From a virus (Duplodnaviria > Caudoviricetes), in the IMG/VR virus record IMGVR_UViG_3300031519_008340, positions 1-64,000 of that record: DNA of 64,000 nucleotides, one strand, 5' to 3'. The position numbers and the translations under genes were made by a program. Under the pieces are notes generated by a model. It did not search any database and had not been told where the DNA came from. It saw only the letters and a list, made by a program, of their open reading frames with translations. This document shows positions 16,063 through 25,687 of the stretch, piece after piece; position 1 is the stretch's first letter, and each line of letters opens with the position of its first letter.

Positions 16063-17172
16063 ATGAAATTCGTAAGGGACATATTAAAAGAACAGCATGG
16101 ATTTGAAATACCAGATCTAGCAGATTTTCCTGATGTATCTAAAGAAGAACGTTATCAAGAAAATCCAGAAATGGACAAATTGGTCGAGTCGTTTGAAACT
16201 GCCTTTAACAATAGCAAGCCCGTGGAAACGTTAAGAGAATGGTTTGATAAAATTATTTTGCTTTCTGAAAAGCAGATGCCACTGCATGCCGGCGAAGCAG
16301 ACTATATAAAAAGTTATAAGAAAAATGCATTCAAAATATACAAATGGTATCAGAAACACGCTAGAGATAATTTTCAAGAAACAAAATTAAATAAAAATTC
16401 AGAATCTATTTACAACACAATTAGGAAGGACGGAGTACAATTTTTGAAATTTGACGAGCAAGAAGTTATAAACATTTCAGAAATGTTAGAACCAGCTGTA
16501 AATGAATTGCTAGCAAAACCAGATTGGTGTCCACCTATTGGCAATTATGACCGTAGCATGCCATTGATGAACAACAAATACGATCTTGCAGTAAGAAGAA
16601 TATTAGATCAACAGTTTGCATTAAAAGGAGTCCTGACAGCCTGTGATCACTATTGGGGCAGACGAGGTGCTTCCACAAGAAAAGTTACACTGCATGTGAG
16701 CAAGCCCACAGATCAACATCTGTTTCAATATTTTCAAGACTGTGAAACTACACCAGAAACAACCAATCTACACATTGATCCCAAAGACGGACTTTTTAAG
16801 GCCTTGCTTTATCTTACACCGGTCAAAGAAGAAAATGGCCCTATATGGTTTGTGAAAGAATCTCACAGATGGCAAAGAAATGAATTCGAAATGTTATTGG
16901 CTAGAGGCATAGCCACAGGCAACTACTGTGAAAATGCAGTTGCACGTAGAGCTGTATTTAGATTGCCCAAGCGTCTAAGAAAAAGTTTACAGTTCGGCAG
17001 AAATCTTTTAGACGGTACAGAAGAGCAGAAAAAAATATTAGATCAAAGAGAAATGATGCTCTCACCAAACAATCTTGCTGTGTTTGATCCAGGAAATATA
17101 ATGCACACTGGCGGTTGGGTCAAGTCTGGTCTGAGAGTAAACTTACAAATACAAATTAGGTTTTTGGATTAA
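16063..17172 (+). CDS. 2OG-Fe(II)/PhyH-like dioxygenase with N-terminal extension
   Basis: LHID (HxD), KALLYLTPVKEENGP, MHTGG. Confidence 0.75.
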   Translation: MKFVRDILKEQHGFEIPDLADFPDVSKEERYQENPEMDKLVESFETAFNNSKPVETLREWFDKIILLSEKQMPLHAGEADYIKSYKKNAFKIYKWYQKHARDNFQETKLNKNSESIYNTIRKDGVQFLKFDEQEVINISEMLEPAVNELLAKPDWCPPIGNYDRSMPLMNNKYDLAVRRILDQQFALKGVLTACDHYWGRRGASTRKVTLHVSKPTDQHLFQYFQDCETTPETTNLHIDPKDGLFKALLYLTPVKEENGPIWFVKESHRWQRNEFEMLLARGIATGNYCENAVARRAVFRLPKRLRKSLQFGRNLLDGTEEQKKILDQREMMLSPNNLAVFDPGNIMHTGGWVKSGLRVNLQIQIRFLD

Positions 17173-17173
17173 A

Positions 17174-17920
17174 GTGATACCACTAGACCAATCAGTTTTA
17201 AACAAAAGAGTTTTTACAGAAAAAAGTTATCGTAAGGTCACCAATGGATTTCCCACAGCCCTAGAGTGTATGGGCCTTTTACAAAAAGGTGAACAGTGTA
17301 TCGATGTTGGTGCCGCGGCAGGGTTGATGAGTACTTTTTTTGCAAAAAAAATGCATCACGTTCACGCCTATGAACCATCACCAAGTTTTAAACAAACTGA
17401 AAAATTAACAAAACAATTTGACAATGTATCTGTTTACAATTTGGCTGTCAGCAACACAGAAGGTAAAAAAACTTTTTACATAGACAATAAACGTTTGAGT
17501 CAAAATGGATTTTTAGATCCAGGCTGGGGCGTGCCTATGACTGTGGACACAGTTACGCTAGACAAACAAAATCACAGCAATGTTGGTCTAATCAAAATAG
17601 ACACAGAAGGCACAGAGCTAGATGTGATCAAAGGAGCCACAGGCATTATAAAAAATAATTTTCCTACTTTCGTGGTTGAAATTTGGGATCGTAACACCAA
17701 AGATTCCGGAAGTTGGTTTGAATACATGGAACACATGGGTTATCAAATGTACTGGTATCATGTAAAACAAAAACAGATTAAAAGATGTCAAACTGTAGAT
17801 GAGTGTGTTAGAGATGTAAGTTTACCCAACCATCCACACGATGCTGATTTTATATTTGTACACGAAAGCAGATCAACTAACGACTACACAGGTTGCCTGA
17901 TAAGCCCAGTTACGATTTAG
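17174..17920 (+). CDS. FkbM-family methyltransferase
   Basis: IDVGAAAG, HAYEP, IKIDTEGTE. Confidence 0.92.
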   Translation: MIPLDQSVLNKRVFTEKSYRKVTNGFPTALECMGLLQKGEQCIDVGAAAGLMSTFFAKKMHHVHAYEPSPSFKQTEKLTKQFDNVSVYNLAVSNTEGKKTFYIDNKRLSQNGFLDPGWGVPMTVDTVTLDKQNHSNVGLIKIDTEGTELDVIKGATGIIKNNFPTFVVEIWDRNTKDSGSWFEYMEHMGYQMYWYHVKQKQIKRCQTVDECVRDVSLPNHPHDADFIFVHESRSTNDYTGCLISPVTI

Positions 17921-18568
17921 TGGCTGTACCACTCTAGAACATTCTTCAATCCATTCAACCAAGGCCTTGTACTCGTGTTGTTGCCAGTTGCTCATTTTGC
18001 TTGTCAAACGAAAATTTGCAAACTCGTCAAAAACAATTATGGTACCTGGACGTATCTGTGTGTTCAGTTCAAACAGAACTTCACGTGTGCTTGAATAGAT
18101 GTCTGCGTCCATGTGTAAAAAACTTATGGGACCTGTGTGAGTCTTGCGCCACTCTGGCACAGTGTCCTTAAACCAACCTTTGTGTAGACGAACATGAGCA
18201 GGCACTTCAGGTGGATCACAGGCCATGCTGGCCACCACACCTGTGCCATGATCCCAATCTTCAGGCAGACCCTGCCAGCTGTCAAATGCATGAATGGGTT
18301 GCTCTGGATGTTCATCAATCAACCATTGTAGACTGCGACCTTCCTTGACTCCAAACTCGCACCATAGGCCATCAAACGCAGTTTCATGGGAGCTGGCAAC
18401 AAGATGTTTTTGTATGCTCTGTTCGTAATTGGCCCCATCGGGCTGACCCACATAGATGGGGTCCAGGGCAATCCATTGTTGCATCAGTCGATGTCCAACA
18501 CCGTCCAGCTCATGTAAAAGAGTTGTGAGATGTTCTTTGCTTTTAACTGTTTTGATTGCTTTGGCCAT
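17873..18568 (-). CDS. TylF/MycF-like O-methyltransferase (methyltransferase 24 family)
   Basis: CEFGV, HAFDSWQGLP, KGWFKDT, FLHMDADIYSST, IVFDEF; start trimmed to M at 18568. Confidence 0.85.
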   Translation of the reverse strand: MAKAIKTVKSKEHLTTLLHELDGVGHRLMQQWIALDPIYVGQPDGANYEQSIQKHLVASSHETAFDGLWCEFGVKEGRSLQWLIDEHPEQPIHAFDSWQGLPEDWDHGTGVVASMACDPPEVPAHVRLHKGWFKDTVPEWRKTHTGPISFLHMDADIYSSTREVLFELNTQIRPGTIIVFDEFANFRLTSKMSNWQQHEYKALVEWIEECSRVVQPLNRNWAYQATCVVVS

Positions 18569-19208
18569 GTACAAGTATATAGTTGTTGAGTCCGTCATCG
18601 GCCACAAGACGATAGTTTCTTTGCTCCAGCCAACGGATGGTGTCACCGGTTTTGTATTTGTTGAGATCTTCTGCAGTGTGATTGTCTTCCACAACAATGA
18701 CCGGCTGTTCTCTGGCAATGGTCTGTTCTGCTCCCTCTAGCACAGCAAGTTCGTCTCCTTCAACATCGATCTTGATCAGACCAACTCCTTTGAATTCGTA
18801 GCTGTCCAAGGTACGCACTTGTGCAGTATCGGCCACTTGTCCTGGTTGTGCTACTCCTGTGATGCCACCCCAGTGTTCAATGACTCCATTGCGATTGCCA
18901 AGAGCAACCTTATTAAATGTACTGCATGATCTGGGCACGTTTTTCCAGAACTTGCCTTTGGGTCTCATGTCAAACATATGCACATGATCAAATCGGGGAC
19001 ATGGATTGCGTATGCTTTTTCTGTAGTATCGGGGAGTGGCTCGTACAAGCCATTTGCTAAAGTTGCCTGATTTACTGCCCACATCCACTGCTATGCGCAG
19101 TCTAGATTGTTCAGTGGGCAGATAAGGTCTTGCTGTTTGCCAGGTGTGACGCCATGGATTGCGTATGCTTTTTCTGTAGTCAGGATCTTCGGCGCGAAAT
19201 TTAAACAT
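18543..19208 (-). CDS. FkbM-family methyltransferase carrying a 12-aa internal duplication
   Basis: AVDVGSKSG, HMFD, IKIDVEGDE; YRKSIRNP occurs twice. Confidence 0.88.
   Translation of the reverse strand: MFKFRAEDPDYRKSIRNPWRHTWQTARPYLPTEQSRLRIAVDVGSKSGNFSKWLVRATPRYYRKSIRNPCPRFDHVHMFDMRPKGKFWKNVPRSCSTFNKVALGNRNGVIEHWGGITGVAQPGQVADTAQVRTLDSYEFKGVGLIKIDVEGDELAVLEGAEQTIAREQPVIVVEDNHTAEDLNKYKTGDTIRWLEQRNYRLVADDGLNNYILVHGQSNQNS
18992..19180. repeat. 28-bp exact direct repeat, one copy flanked by an 8-bp duplication
   Basis: CATGGATTGCGTATGCTTTTTCTGTAGT at 19000-19027 and 19153-19180; ATCGGGGA at 18992-18999 and 19028-19035. Confidence 0.9.
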
Positions 19209-19243
19209 AAAATAATGTTGTATTTAAGGTGTCAGAGATCGTC

Positions 19244-19320
19244 TTACGCTAAACTAACGCTTCGCTAAAAGAAAATTTACGCTTTACGCAAACAAAAAAT
19301 TTTACGCTTACGCTTTACCA
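19244..19320 (+). repeat. cluster of TTACGC hexamers
   Basis: exact copies at 19244, 19277, 19284, 19302 and 19308, plus variants TAACGC, TTCGC, TTACCA; all on one strand. Confidence 0.75.
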
Positions 19321-19323
19321 AAT

Positions 19324-21015
19324 CTAAGCTCTATTGAATTTCTCCAAACTGAAACCTTTGCTGTCATAACACTGTAAAAATTCAGAATTGTTTGAATGTC
19401 TTATAGTGCCTTGTCCCCAAATTACATCATGGTCGTGATATGAAAAAGGTTTAGGAATAGTAACGTCAATATATTGGCCATTGCCCACTCCGAGAGTCAA
19501 AAAGGTTACGTACTTGCCTTTGTCACCTCTAAACACTCTACCGTTAGCAATCATGCCTGCAAATTCAATTTTGTCAAGATATAATTCTTTTACGTACATT
19601 CCAGGCATAAAATCTTTTGTTGACCACCAGCCATACTTTCTGTATTGAAATTGTGGTGTGTCCCAACTATCAGATTTTGAAGGAGTTACAACATTTATTC
19701 CCACACGTTTGGCTTCTGTTCTATACACCCAACGTCTATAAGAACCATGGCAATGTTTCAAGCAAGCCTTCCAAAATTTTTCTGGATTGTGTGCTTTTTG
19801 ATAAGCCAATGCCCAAATCAATCTACCTAAGTTTACAGCATGAGCTCTACACAAACCAAATCCTGATAAACTTTGTAACATCTCTATGATAGCATTTTTC
19901 TTAGGATGATTGCCTAGTCTAGTTGTAAATTCTAAAATTTTTTCTTCGTTCTTTTTTGCAAAAGCTCTACGATACATATCTGCTTCATACTTGTCAATTT
20001 TTAAGACTTCTGATATTCTATCAATAGCATCGTCTTCATAAACAATAGTATCTTCCATTTTTTCTTGAGCCCAATCATGAAACATTGTTGCTTTTTTTCT
20101 GCCTGACACTGCCACTGGTCTTACTAGTGCAGTTGCAAACACACAGTCTTTCATTGACTTTGGTTGTATTGCTCTAAACAGTCTTCTCATGGCCGGAGAC
20201 TCTGCTTGAGTAACTCCTAGCACATCACCTCTACAAAGTAAATCAGACGTGGCTTTGTCTTCTTCAGGATAGTCTGTTAATCTTGTACAAGGATCAACTT
20301 CTAATAACTGACTAAGTCCTCTGTTGGCCAGTATGTCAACTTTTAGGTGTTCTAAATCTTCAACTTCATTTTTGTCCAGCAGGATTTGATTTTCCGCTGT
20401 GAACAAACTTTTTGGTAATTGTCTTCCAAACATTATTATGCCTCCGCAGTGTTTTGATATACATCTTTTTTTGCCCATCAGTTTACGTTCAATCCGTTTT
20501 GCTTCTACGGGATCAACACCAACTGATTCGTATGTGAATCTGCGAGGGAGTCTACCTTTTGCACCCAAACGTTTAGCCGCTTCACGCTTAGCCGACTTAT
20601 CCTTATAAAGCACGTAGTTTGATATACGAGCCGAGCGTCCGGGCCATTGTTTGAATATTCTGTTCATGACTTCTCCCTGACGATAATGGGGGAAATCAAT
20701 ATCAACATCAGGTAAGTCATCTCTGGTAGGATTTAAGAATCGTGCAACGGGTATGCCCCACTTCACAGGATCCACATCTGTTATGCCAAGTAGATAACAG
20801 ACCAAAGACGAACCAGCCGAACCACGAGTCATATGGGTGATATCTCTCGTAATTGCTAGTATGTCACATATTTGGATGAAGTAGTCTACGAAACGTAGTT
20901 GAAGGATGATGCGAGTTTCATCAGCAAGCCTTTGCGTGTATTCTTCTGTGCCTGGACATTGCCTAATAAATCTATCGTATAGCCTTGTTATGTCGTTTAG
21001 TTCTTTGTCTTTCAT
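19324..21015 (-). CDS. dnaE: compact family-C DNA polymerase (DnaE-like, no PHP domain)
   Basis: TRGSAGSSLVCYLLGIT, PDVDID catalytic motif, SKHCGG, KVDIL, FCRAHA-like, OB-like C-terminus; start probably M at 21015. Confidence 0.93.
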   Translation of the reverse strand: MKDKELNDITRLYDRFIRQCPGTEEYTQRLADETRIILQLRFVDYFIQICDILAITRDITHMTRGSAGSSLVCYLLGITDVDPVKWGIPVARFLNPTRDDLPDVDIDFPHYRQGEVMNRIFKQWPGRSARISNYVLYKDKSAKREAAKRLGAKGRLPRRFTYESVGVDPVEAKRIERKLMGKKRCISKHCGGIIMFGRQLPKSLFTAENQILLDKNEVEDLEHLKVDILANRGLSQLLEVDPCTRLTDYPEEDKATSDLLCRGDVLGVTQAESPAMRRLFRAIQPKSMKDCVFATALVRPVAVSGRKKATMFHDWAQEKMEDTIVYEDDAIDRISEVLKIDKYEADMYRRAFAKKNEEKILEFTTRLGNHPKKNAIIEMLQSLSGFGLCRAHAVNLGRLIWALAYQKAHNPEKFWKACLKHCHGSYRRWVYRTEAKRVGINVVTPSKSDSWDTPQFQYRKYGWWSTKDFMPGMYVKELYLDKIEFAGMIANGRVFRGDKGKYVTFLTLGVGNGQYIDVTIPKPFSYHDHDVIWGQGTIRHSNNSEFLQCYDSKGFSLEKFNRA

Positions 21016-21079
21016 TTGCCTATGTTTTTTTAGTTTGCCTGTTTTTGCCTTGAGCAATATTAATTATCTAATGTAGGAA

Positions 21080-21766
21080 TTATAGTGGAGTTTTTTGGTG
21101 ATCTCGTAGTTTGCTTTTTGGAACATTGATGTCTCTTTTGTCACATACCGATTGTATTACACAATCAACACAATCAGGTGAGCTTGATCTACAAACTAGT
21201 TTGGCATGTGTTATCAACCACATATGTGCGCCGTACTTGTATTTGTCAGGTGTAGTGTCGTTTACGGTTATACTTGCTTTTGATTCGTTAAGATTATCTG
21301 CCCAACCCAATCTCCATAATAATCTAAAAACGTGTGTGTCAACTGCTATGTGTGGTTGGCCCCAAACAAATCTCATAACAATGTCAGAACTTTTTCTACC
21401 AACTCCCGGCAATGTCATTAATTCTTTTTGTGTTTGTGGCACACGTCCATTAAAATTTTCTAACAACATTTTGCTTGTAGCAAGAATGTTTTTGCTTTTA
21501 GCATTGTGTAATCCTGCAGGTCTGATTGCTTCAATAATTTCTTCTCGAGACAATTTTATCATATCATCTGGATTGTCAGCAAGGTTAAACAACTGTCTAC
21601 AAGCCACAGCCGTTCTCTTGTCTTGGCTTTGTGCAGATAGCATGACCCCTATTAAACTTGTATATGCTTTAGAATAAATTTTTGCTTTTGGTTTTTTGTT
21701 TGTGTATTGCGGATAGTTTGTACTTAATTTTTCGTACAAATATAAAATATCATTACTGTTCTTCAT
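21080..21766 (-). CDS. nth: endonuclease III (HhH-GPD DNA glycosylase with Fe-S cluster)
   Basis: LSAQSQD, LPGVGRKS, VDTHVFRL, C-x6-C-x2-C-x5-C. Confidence 0.95.
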   Translation of the reverse strand: MKNSNDILYLYEKLSTNYPQYTNKKPKAKIYSKAYTSLIGVMLSAQSQDKRTAVACRQLFNLADNPDDMIKLSREEIIEAIRPAGLHNAKSKNILATSKMLLENFNGRVPQTQKELMTLPGVGRKSSDIVMRFVWGQPHIAVDTHVFRLLWRLGWADNLNESKASITVNDTTPDKYKYGAHMWLITHAKLVCRSSSPDCVDCVIQSVCDKRDINVPKSKLRDHQKTPL

Positions 21767-23174
21767 CCGAGTGCAGTTCGTTTAACAGTTGTCTCAGTTT
21801 TCCGCCTTCTACAGTGGCTTTAACTTTTCCAATATTATCACCTTTAGTTGGATCTGGTTCTTTAGGTTTATCAGACGACACCTTGCTTTTTTGTTTTAAG
21901 GAATCGTAGATAGTTGAAGATTGTTTTTTAAACTGTTGATATTCTTGATCCTCTGCTAGGTCTCTTATTCTCAATGTGTCAACATCAAACTCCAAATCTA
22001 TTTTCATACCAACACCACTAGATGATCTTGTTTTCATAAACTGTATTTGATATCTGCCACGTTCTTTCATGGCTCTTGATGTAAATATACCAAACACGTT
22101 GTCTGCTGTTTGTATTTTACTAAGACCGCCACTAATGTGAGAATGATCAAATTCAATTTCTTCAACACTAGCTCTGTTCAACTGAGATGCTGTACACATC
22201 AGCATGTTGCTTTCTGCCGCCAAATTTCTAAGTTCTTCTGACACATACTTGTCTTTAATAAACAAATCTGCTGGACTTATTCTTTTTGATTTAGGCATCA
22301 TGAGATCCAAATAGTCAATCAAGATACAATCAATTTTCTTTTTGTTTTTTAGTTCTAATTCTTTAATATAAGATTTAACGTCCAACACTGTGCTTCCACT
22401 TGGCAGATATTTGATTTGTAAGTTTCCTGATTTCTTAGCCATCATTTTTACTTTCATTTCAACATTATCAATTTCTGGAAATACTTTTCTAGTTGGAATG
22501 CCTGTGATCATGGCATCTAATCTCATAGCTGTTAACGCTTCACTTAATTCAAAACTTATGTACAATGTGTTCAAACCAGTAGTGGCCCAATTCACAGCAA
22601 GATTCTGTAAGAACAAACTTTTACCTGCACCTGATCCGCCTGCAAAAATGTTTAGTTCACCTCGGTTAAATCCTCCAAACAGTTTCTTGTCTAAATTAGC
22701 CCACCCTGTGCTGACCTGACCGTTGGAGTTTTTTAAGTTCTCCAATCTACCTTTTGGATCTGCAAAGTAGTCTGTACCCATGTCACGAGTCAAGCCAATG
22801 TTGACTGCGTCTTTAACCTTGTCTTCAACAGGAGCATAATCACCTTTTTCTAGCAAGTCTGCTGACTCAAGTATTGCACGTTCAAGTGCTTTGTGTCGGG
22901 AAAATTGTTCAAATTCATCTAGTAACCAATTGAAGTGATTTGGATCTAGATCTTTTGCTGTTTTTAGTTTGATATCGTGTTTAGCATTAACTTGTTGAAC
23001 TTCTGGCAACACTTTGTATTCTTCTGAATAATCTTTTATAAATGTAGCAATCGGTTGTAACTTTCTATCAAATGATTTTGGATCAAATATATTCTGAGCT
23101 CTAGCATATGATTCTGCATCTGCCAGCATCATTTCTAAATATAGTTTTTGTACGTCGAAAGTATAATCAGCCAT
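21753..23174 (-). CDS. gp41: replicative DNA helicase (gp41/DnaB-like)
   Basis: AGGSGAGKS Walker A, LIDYLDLM, TASQLNR, QFMKTR. Confidence 0.95.
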   Translation of the reverse strand: MADYTFDVQKLYLEMMLADAESYARAQNIFDPKSFDRKLQPIATFIKDYSEEYKVLPEVQQVNAKHDIKLKTAKDLDPNHFNWLLDEFEQFSRHKALERAILESADLLEKGDYAPVEDKVKDAVNIGLTRDMGTDYFADPKGRLENLKNSNGQVSTGWANLDKKLFGGFNRGELNIFAGGSGAGKSLFLQNLAVNWATTGLNTLYISFELSEALTAMRLDAMITGIPTRKVFPEIDNVEMKVKMMAKKSGNLQIKYLPSGSTVLDVKSYIKELELKNKKKIDCILIDYLDLMMPKSKRISPADLFIKDKYVSEELRNLAAESNMLMCTASQLNRASVEEIEFDHSHISGGLSKIQTADNVFGIFTSRAMKERGRYQIQFMKTRSSSGVGMKIDLEFDVDTLRIRDLAEDQEYQQFKKQSSTIYDSLKQKSKVSSDKPKEPDPTKGDNIGKVKATVEGGKLRQLLNELHSDEEQ

Positions 23175-23194
23175 TATTAATTCTTCATATTATT

Positions 23195-24199
23195 TTATAA
23201 CATTTTCCTTCTAAGATCAATTTTTAATTTACTTGATTCTGTCGCTTGTAAAATTGATTTAACAGCAAACAATTTACCATACTTTGCTACTGCTTCTGCA
23301 ACATCATTTACCTCTTTGTCCCAGGTTGGAAATGATACATTCCACCCAAACTCGGTTGCTTGGCTAATTAATTTTTCTCCTGGAGCATCTCTGTCTGGGA
23401 TTACAATTACCGTTCTACCTAATCCGTTTATAAGTTCTTTTTGTGTTTCATTTACTTCTGATCCTAATATACTTACACCACTAACTGCTATTGCATCAAA
23501 CGGTCCTTCCGTGACTAGAACAAATTTTCTTGACCAATCTTGTGCATCCATGTTGAAAACATAACCTGGTTGTACATCTGTATAGTATTTTACTTTTTCA
23601 ATATTTTCAAAAAGTCTACCTGTGAATCCTACTATGTCTCCTTTCCAATAAAACGGAATTAGTAATCTTTTATCTACGTCCCAATTCTTATTGTCCGAAT
23701 ACATAAAGTCGTACCAGTCTGCGCCTGTGCCTCTAGTAGAAAGATAGTTCAATAAATTGTCTAAACGTTGTTGTTGTATTTCTGATAAGCTATTAAATTT
23801 TTCTAACCAGTTTTCTAATCTCTTTGCACCAATGGGCAATTCTTTTTTGTTAAAAGAAACAAATTTTTTCCTTTCGTATTTTGTATCACCTTCTTCATGG
23901 CGCATGGCTTCTATTGCAAGTTTTCTTACAGTATCGTCTGGAACACCTATGTAACTCATAAATGTTCTCATCTTTTGAGTAAGTCTTCTTCCACTCACGT
24001 AACTAGCCTTAAAGCCACAGTTAAAACAATGATAAGACACAGTACCGTCTGCACTGGTCATTATTCCGCCACGTTTTTTCTTGTCTTGTGATTCTCCATT
24101 ATGTATACAACATGGAGCATTGAAAGCAATCCAACCAGAAGGAGTTTTCTTTCGGCCCGCAGGCAACGATGTCAGAATAGTAGACTGTATCAGGTTCAT
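23195..24199 (-). CDS. gp61: DNA primase (gp61-like)
   Basis: CCIH...HCFNC Zn finger; VTEGPFDA and IPDRD Toprim motifs. Confidence 0.92.
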   Translation of the reverse strand: MNLIQSTILTSLPAGRKKTPSGWIAFNAPCCIHNGESQDKKKRGGIMTSADGTVSYHCFNCGFKASYVSGRRLTQKMRTFMSYIGVPDDTVRKLAIEAMRHEEGDTKYERKKFVSFNKKELPIGAKRLENWLEKFNSLSEIQQQRLDNLLNYLSTRGTGADWYDFMYSDNKNWDVDKRLLIPFYWKGDIVGFTGRLFENIEKVKYYTDVQPGYVFNMDAQDWSRKFVLVTEGPFDAIAVSGVSILGSEVNETQKELINGLGRTVIVIPDRDAPGEKLISQATEFGWNVSFPTWDKEVNDVAEAVAKYGKLFAVKSILQATESSKLKIDLRRKML

Positions 24200-24206
24200 A
24201 GTCTAT

Positions 24207-24235
24207 ATTTTAATGTCTATAAAGTATTTTGTCAA
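24207..24235 (-). promoter_or_regulatory. sigma70-type promoter of primase (leaderless)
   Basis: TTGACA-17 nt-TAAAAT; ATG 7 nt downstream. Confidence 0.8.
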
Positions 24236-25016
24236 CTATGCCGGTATTACCAGAAGCATTATCCCAAGTAAATTTTACAAATTGGTAAACGCCATTAAAA
24301 TTGTAATATTTTACTCCGGAAGTTGGAAGATCAGTGATTGTAGAAACAGTAAAGAAATCTGTTGTTGATGGAGTAGTATCCATTGTTGCTAAAACTTTTA
24401 ATGTGCCGCTAAAGCCCTGGGTGTAAACTGCAAATGTGTGTAAAGCGTCATTATTGTTTTGTCCTGGAAAAGATTGGATTGTACCATTGCTAACATATTT
24501 TAATGGATATTGATTAGGACTTGTTTGAGCTGTAAATGAATTTATTTCAACACTTGGATTAAATTGTGGAAATCCGCCATCTGCTAATTCAGCAGACCCG
24601 GCAGAATTGTACCCTGTATCAGAGTAGGTTACTTGATAATATGTGCTTGAACCATCAGATAAAACCTCCCTCACACTATAATCATAAAACTGAGAATCTA
24701 GTGATAGTAGGTCGCCATCTGTAATGTTAACAGAAGCAGTGCCCTTTGAAGCAAACGTAGATCCATCATCTAATGTGGTCATAGTTCTTGTAAGAACTGC
24801 TTTTTTGCTGTTTCTGTCTATTAAAGCAAATTCAAAAGTTTTTGATGTAATACTCTGGGCTTTCTGATCCTCATTCTTAAATGTGAATGTCACAGGATTA
24901 GTTGCTCCTCTAAACAATTTTAAACGTCTGTCGTACACTTTAGAATTTCTCCCGTGATAACCATTTATGTAGGCTATTACCAAATTTGTAAGTAAATACC
25001 TTTGTACTGTTTGCAT
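24210..25016 (-). CDS. conserved beta-rich hypothetical protein, possibly virion
   Basis: ORF with TAAATA 6 nt upstream; Ser/Thr/Gly-rich composition. Confidence 0.6.
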   Translation of the reverse strand: MQTVQRYLLTNLVIAYINGYHGRNSKVYDRRLKLFRGATNPVTFTFKNEDQKAQSITSKTFEFALIDRNSKKAVLTRTMTTLDDGSTFASKGTASVNITDGDLLSLDSQFYDYSVREVLSDGSSTYYQVTYSDTGYNSAGSAELADGGFPQFNPSVEINSFTAQTSPNQYPLKYVSNGTIQSFPGQNNNDALHTFAVYTQGFSGTLKVLATMDTTPSTTDFFTVSTITDLPTSGVKYYNFNGVYQFVKFTWDNASGNTGIVDKILYRH

Positions 25017-25038
25017 ATAGCATATTTAACAGTATTTA

Positions 25039-25422
25039 TTGAATAGCATGAACGAAGTTTTTGAAACATTAGGCAAGAAATTTCCATTCTTATCGTTAGT
25101 AAGAAAGGGTGATCTAGAATTTATAGGTATAATTGCCAACCAAGACAACCAAGTCACTAGTTTCTACGATTATGGCAGAATAATGATGCCTGAAGATAAA
25201 ATGAAGTATCTCAAACTTGGAGAAACATGGTGGTGGGAATCAAATAGAAAAATCCCAATTAATATTTTTTTAAAAGGGGATTGGAAGTATTTCAAATCAA
25301 TATTGATTTCTTTATCAACCAAAGACATAGAAATTGTGCATGGTCCTTGTGTGCGATTAAGTGATATTGCCAAAAAACGTGTGAAACGTAGAACTATTCA
25401 ACTAGTTAGAAGACCTATTTAA
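25039..25422 (+). CDS. hypothetical protein
   Basis: ORF track; WWWESNRKIPI; no recognised function. Confidence 0.7.
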   Translation: MNSMNEVFETLGKKFPFLSLVRKGDLEFIGIIANQDNQVTSFYDYGRIMMPEDKMKYLKLGETWWWESNRKIPINIFLKGDWKYFKSILISLSTKDIEIVHGPCVRLSDIAKKRVKRRTIQLVRRPI

Positions 25423-25687
25423 TATACCGCAAAAAAAAAGCACGATAACCACCGTGCCATTTAATTTCAACTTTTTTCTTTTTCCAAATAGTTTGCCATT
25501 CGGGCAAGCAATTGGCTACCCATAACTTTATTTCAAATTCCGGATCCACCTTACATTTTATAGGTCTTCTTGTTTTGCGAACAAGATCAAGCTGTCTGGC
25601 TAATTCAACGCCGTAGTTCCAATCATTAGGTAGGTCTGCTGTGTGAAATTTTGGTTTTTTAGTGAGATTTTTTTTCCGGTTGTACAC
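25415..25687 (-). CDS. hypothetical protein
   Basis: ORF track; overlaps the end of the polymerase-fragment gene. Confidence 0.55.
   Translation of the reverse strand: MYNRKKNLTKKPKFHTADLPNDWNYGVELARQLDLVRKTRRPIKCKVDPEFEIKLWVANCLPEWQTIWKKKKVEIKWHGGYRAFFLRYIK

Noticed and set aside
17873-18718. Long dual-coding overlap of the TylF and FkbM genes; similar N-terminal extensions on tctC, dnaE, SprT, GT8 and the 2OG oxygenase
   Set aside because: Downstream ATGs with promoters, SD or stop overlaps give normal short overlaps; the extensions come from longest-ORF calling.
18992-19180. Diversity-generating retroelement TR/VR pair
   Set aside because: The copies are identical (no A-to-N changes), only 28 nt long, and no reverse transcriptase is present in the window.
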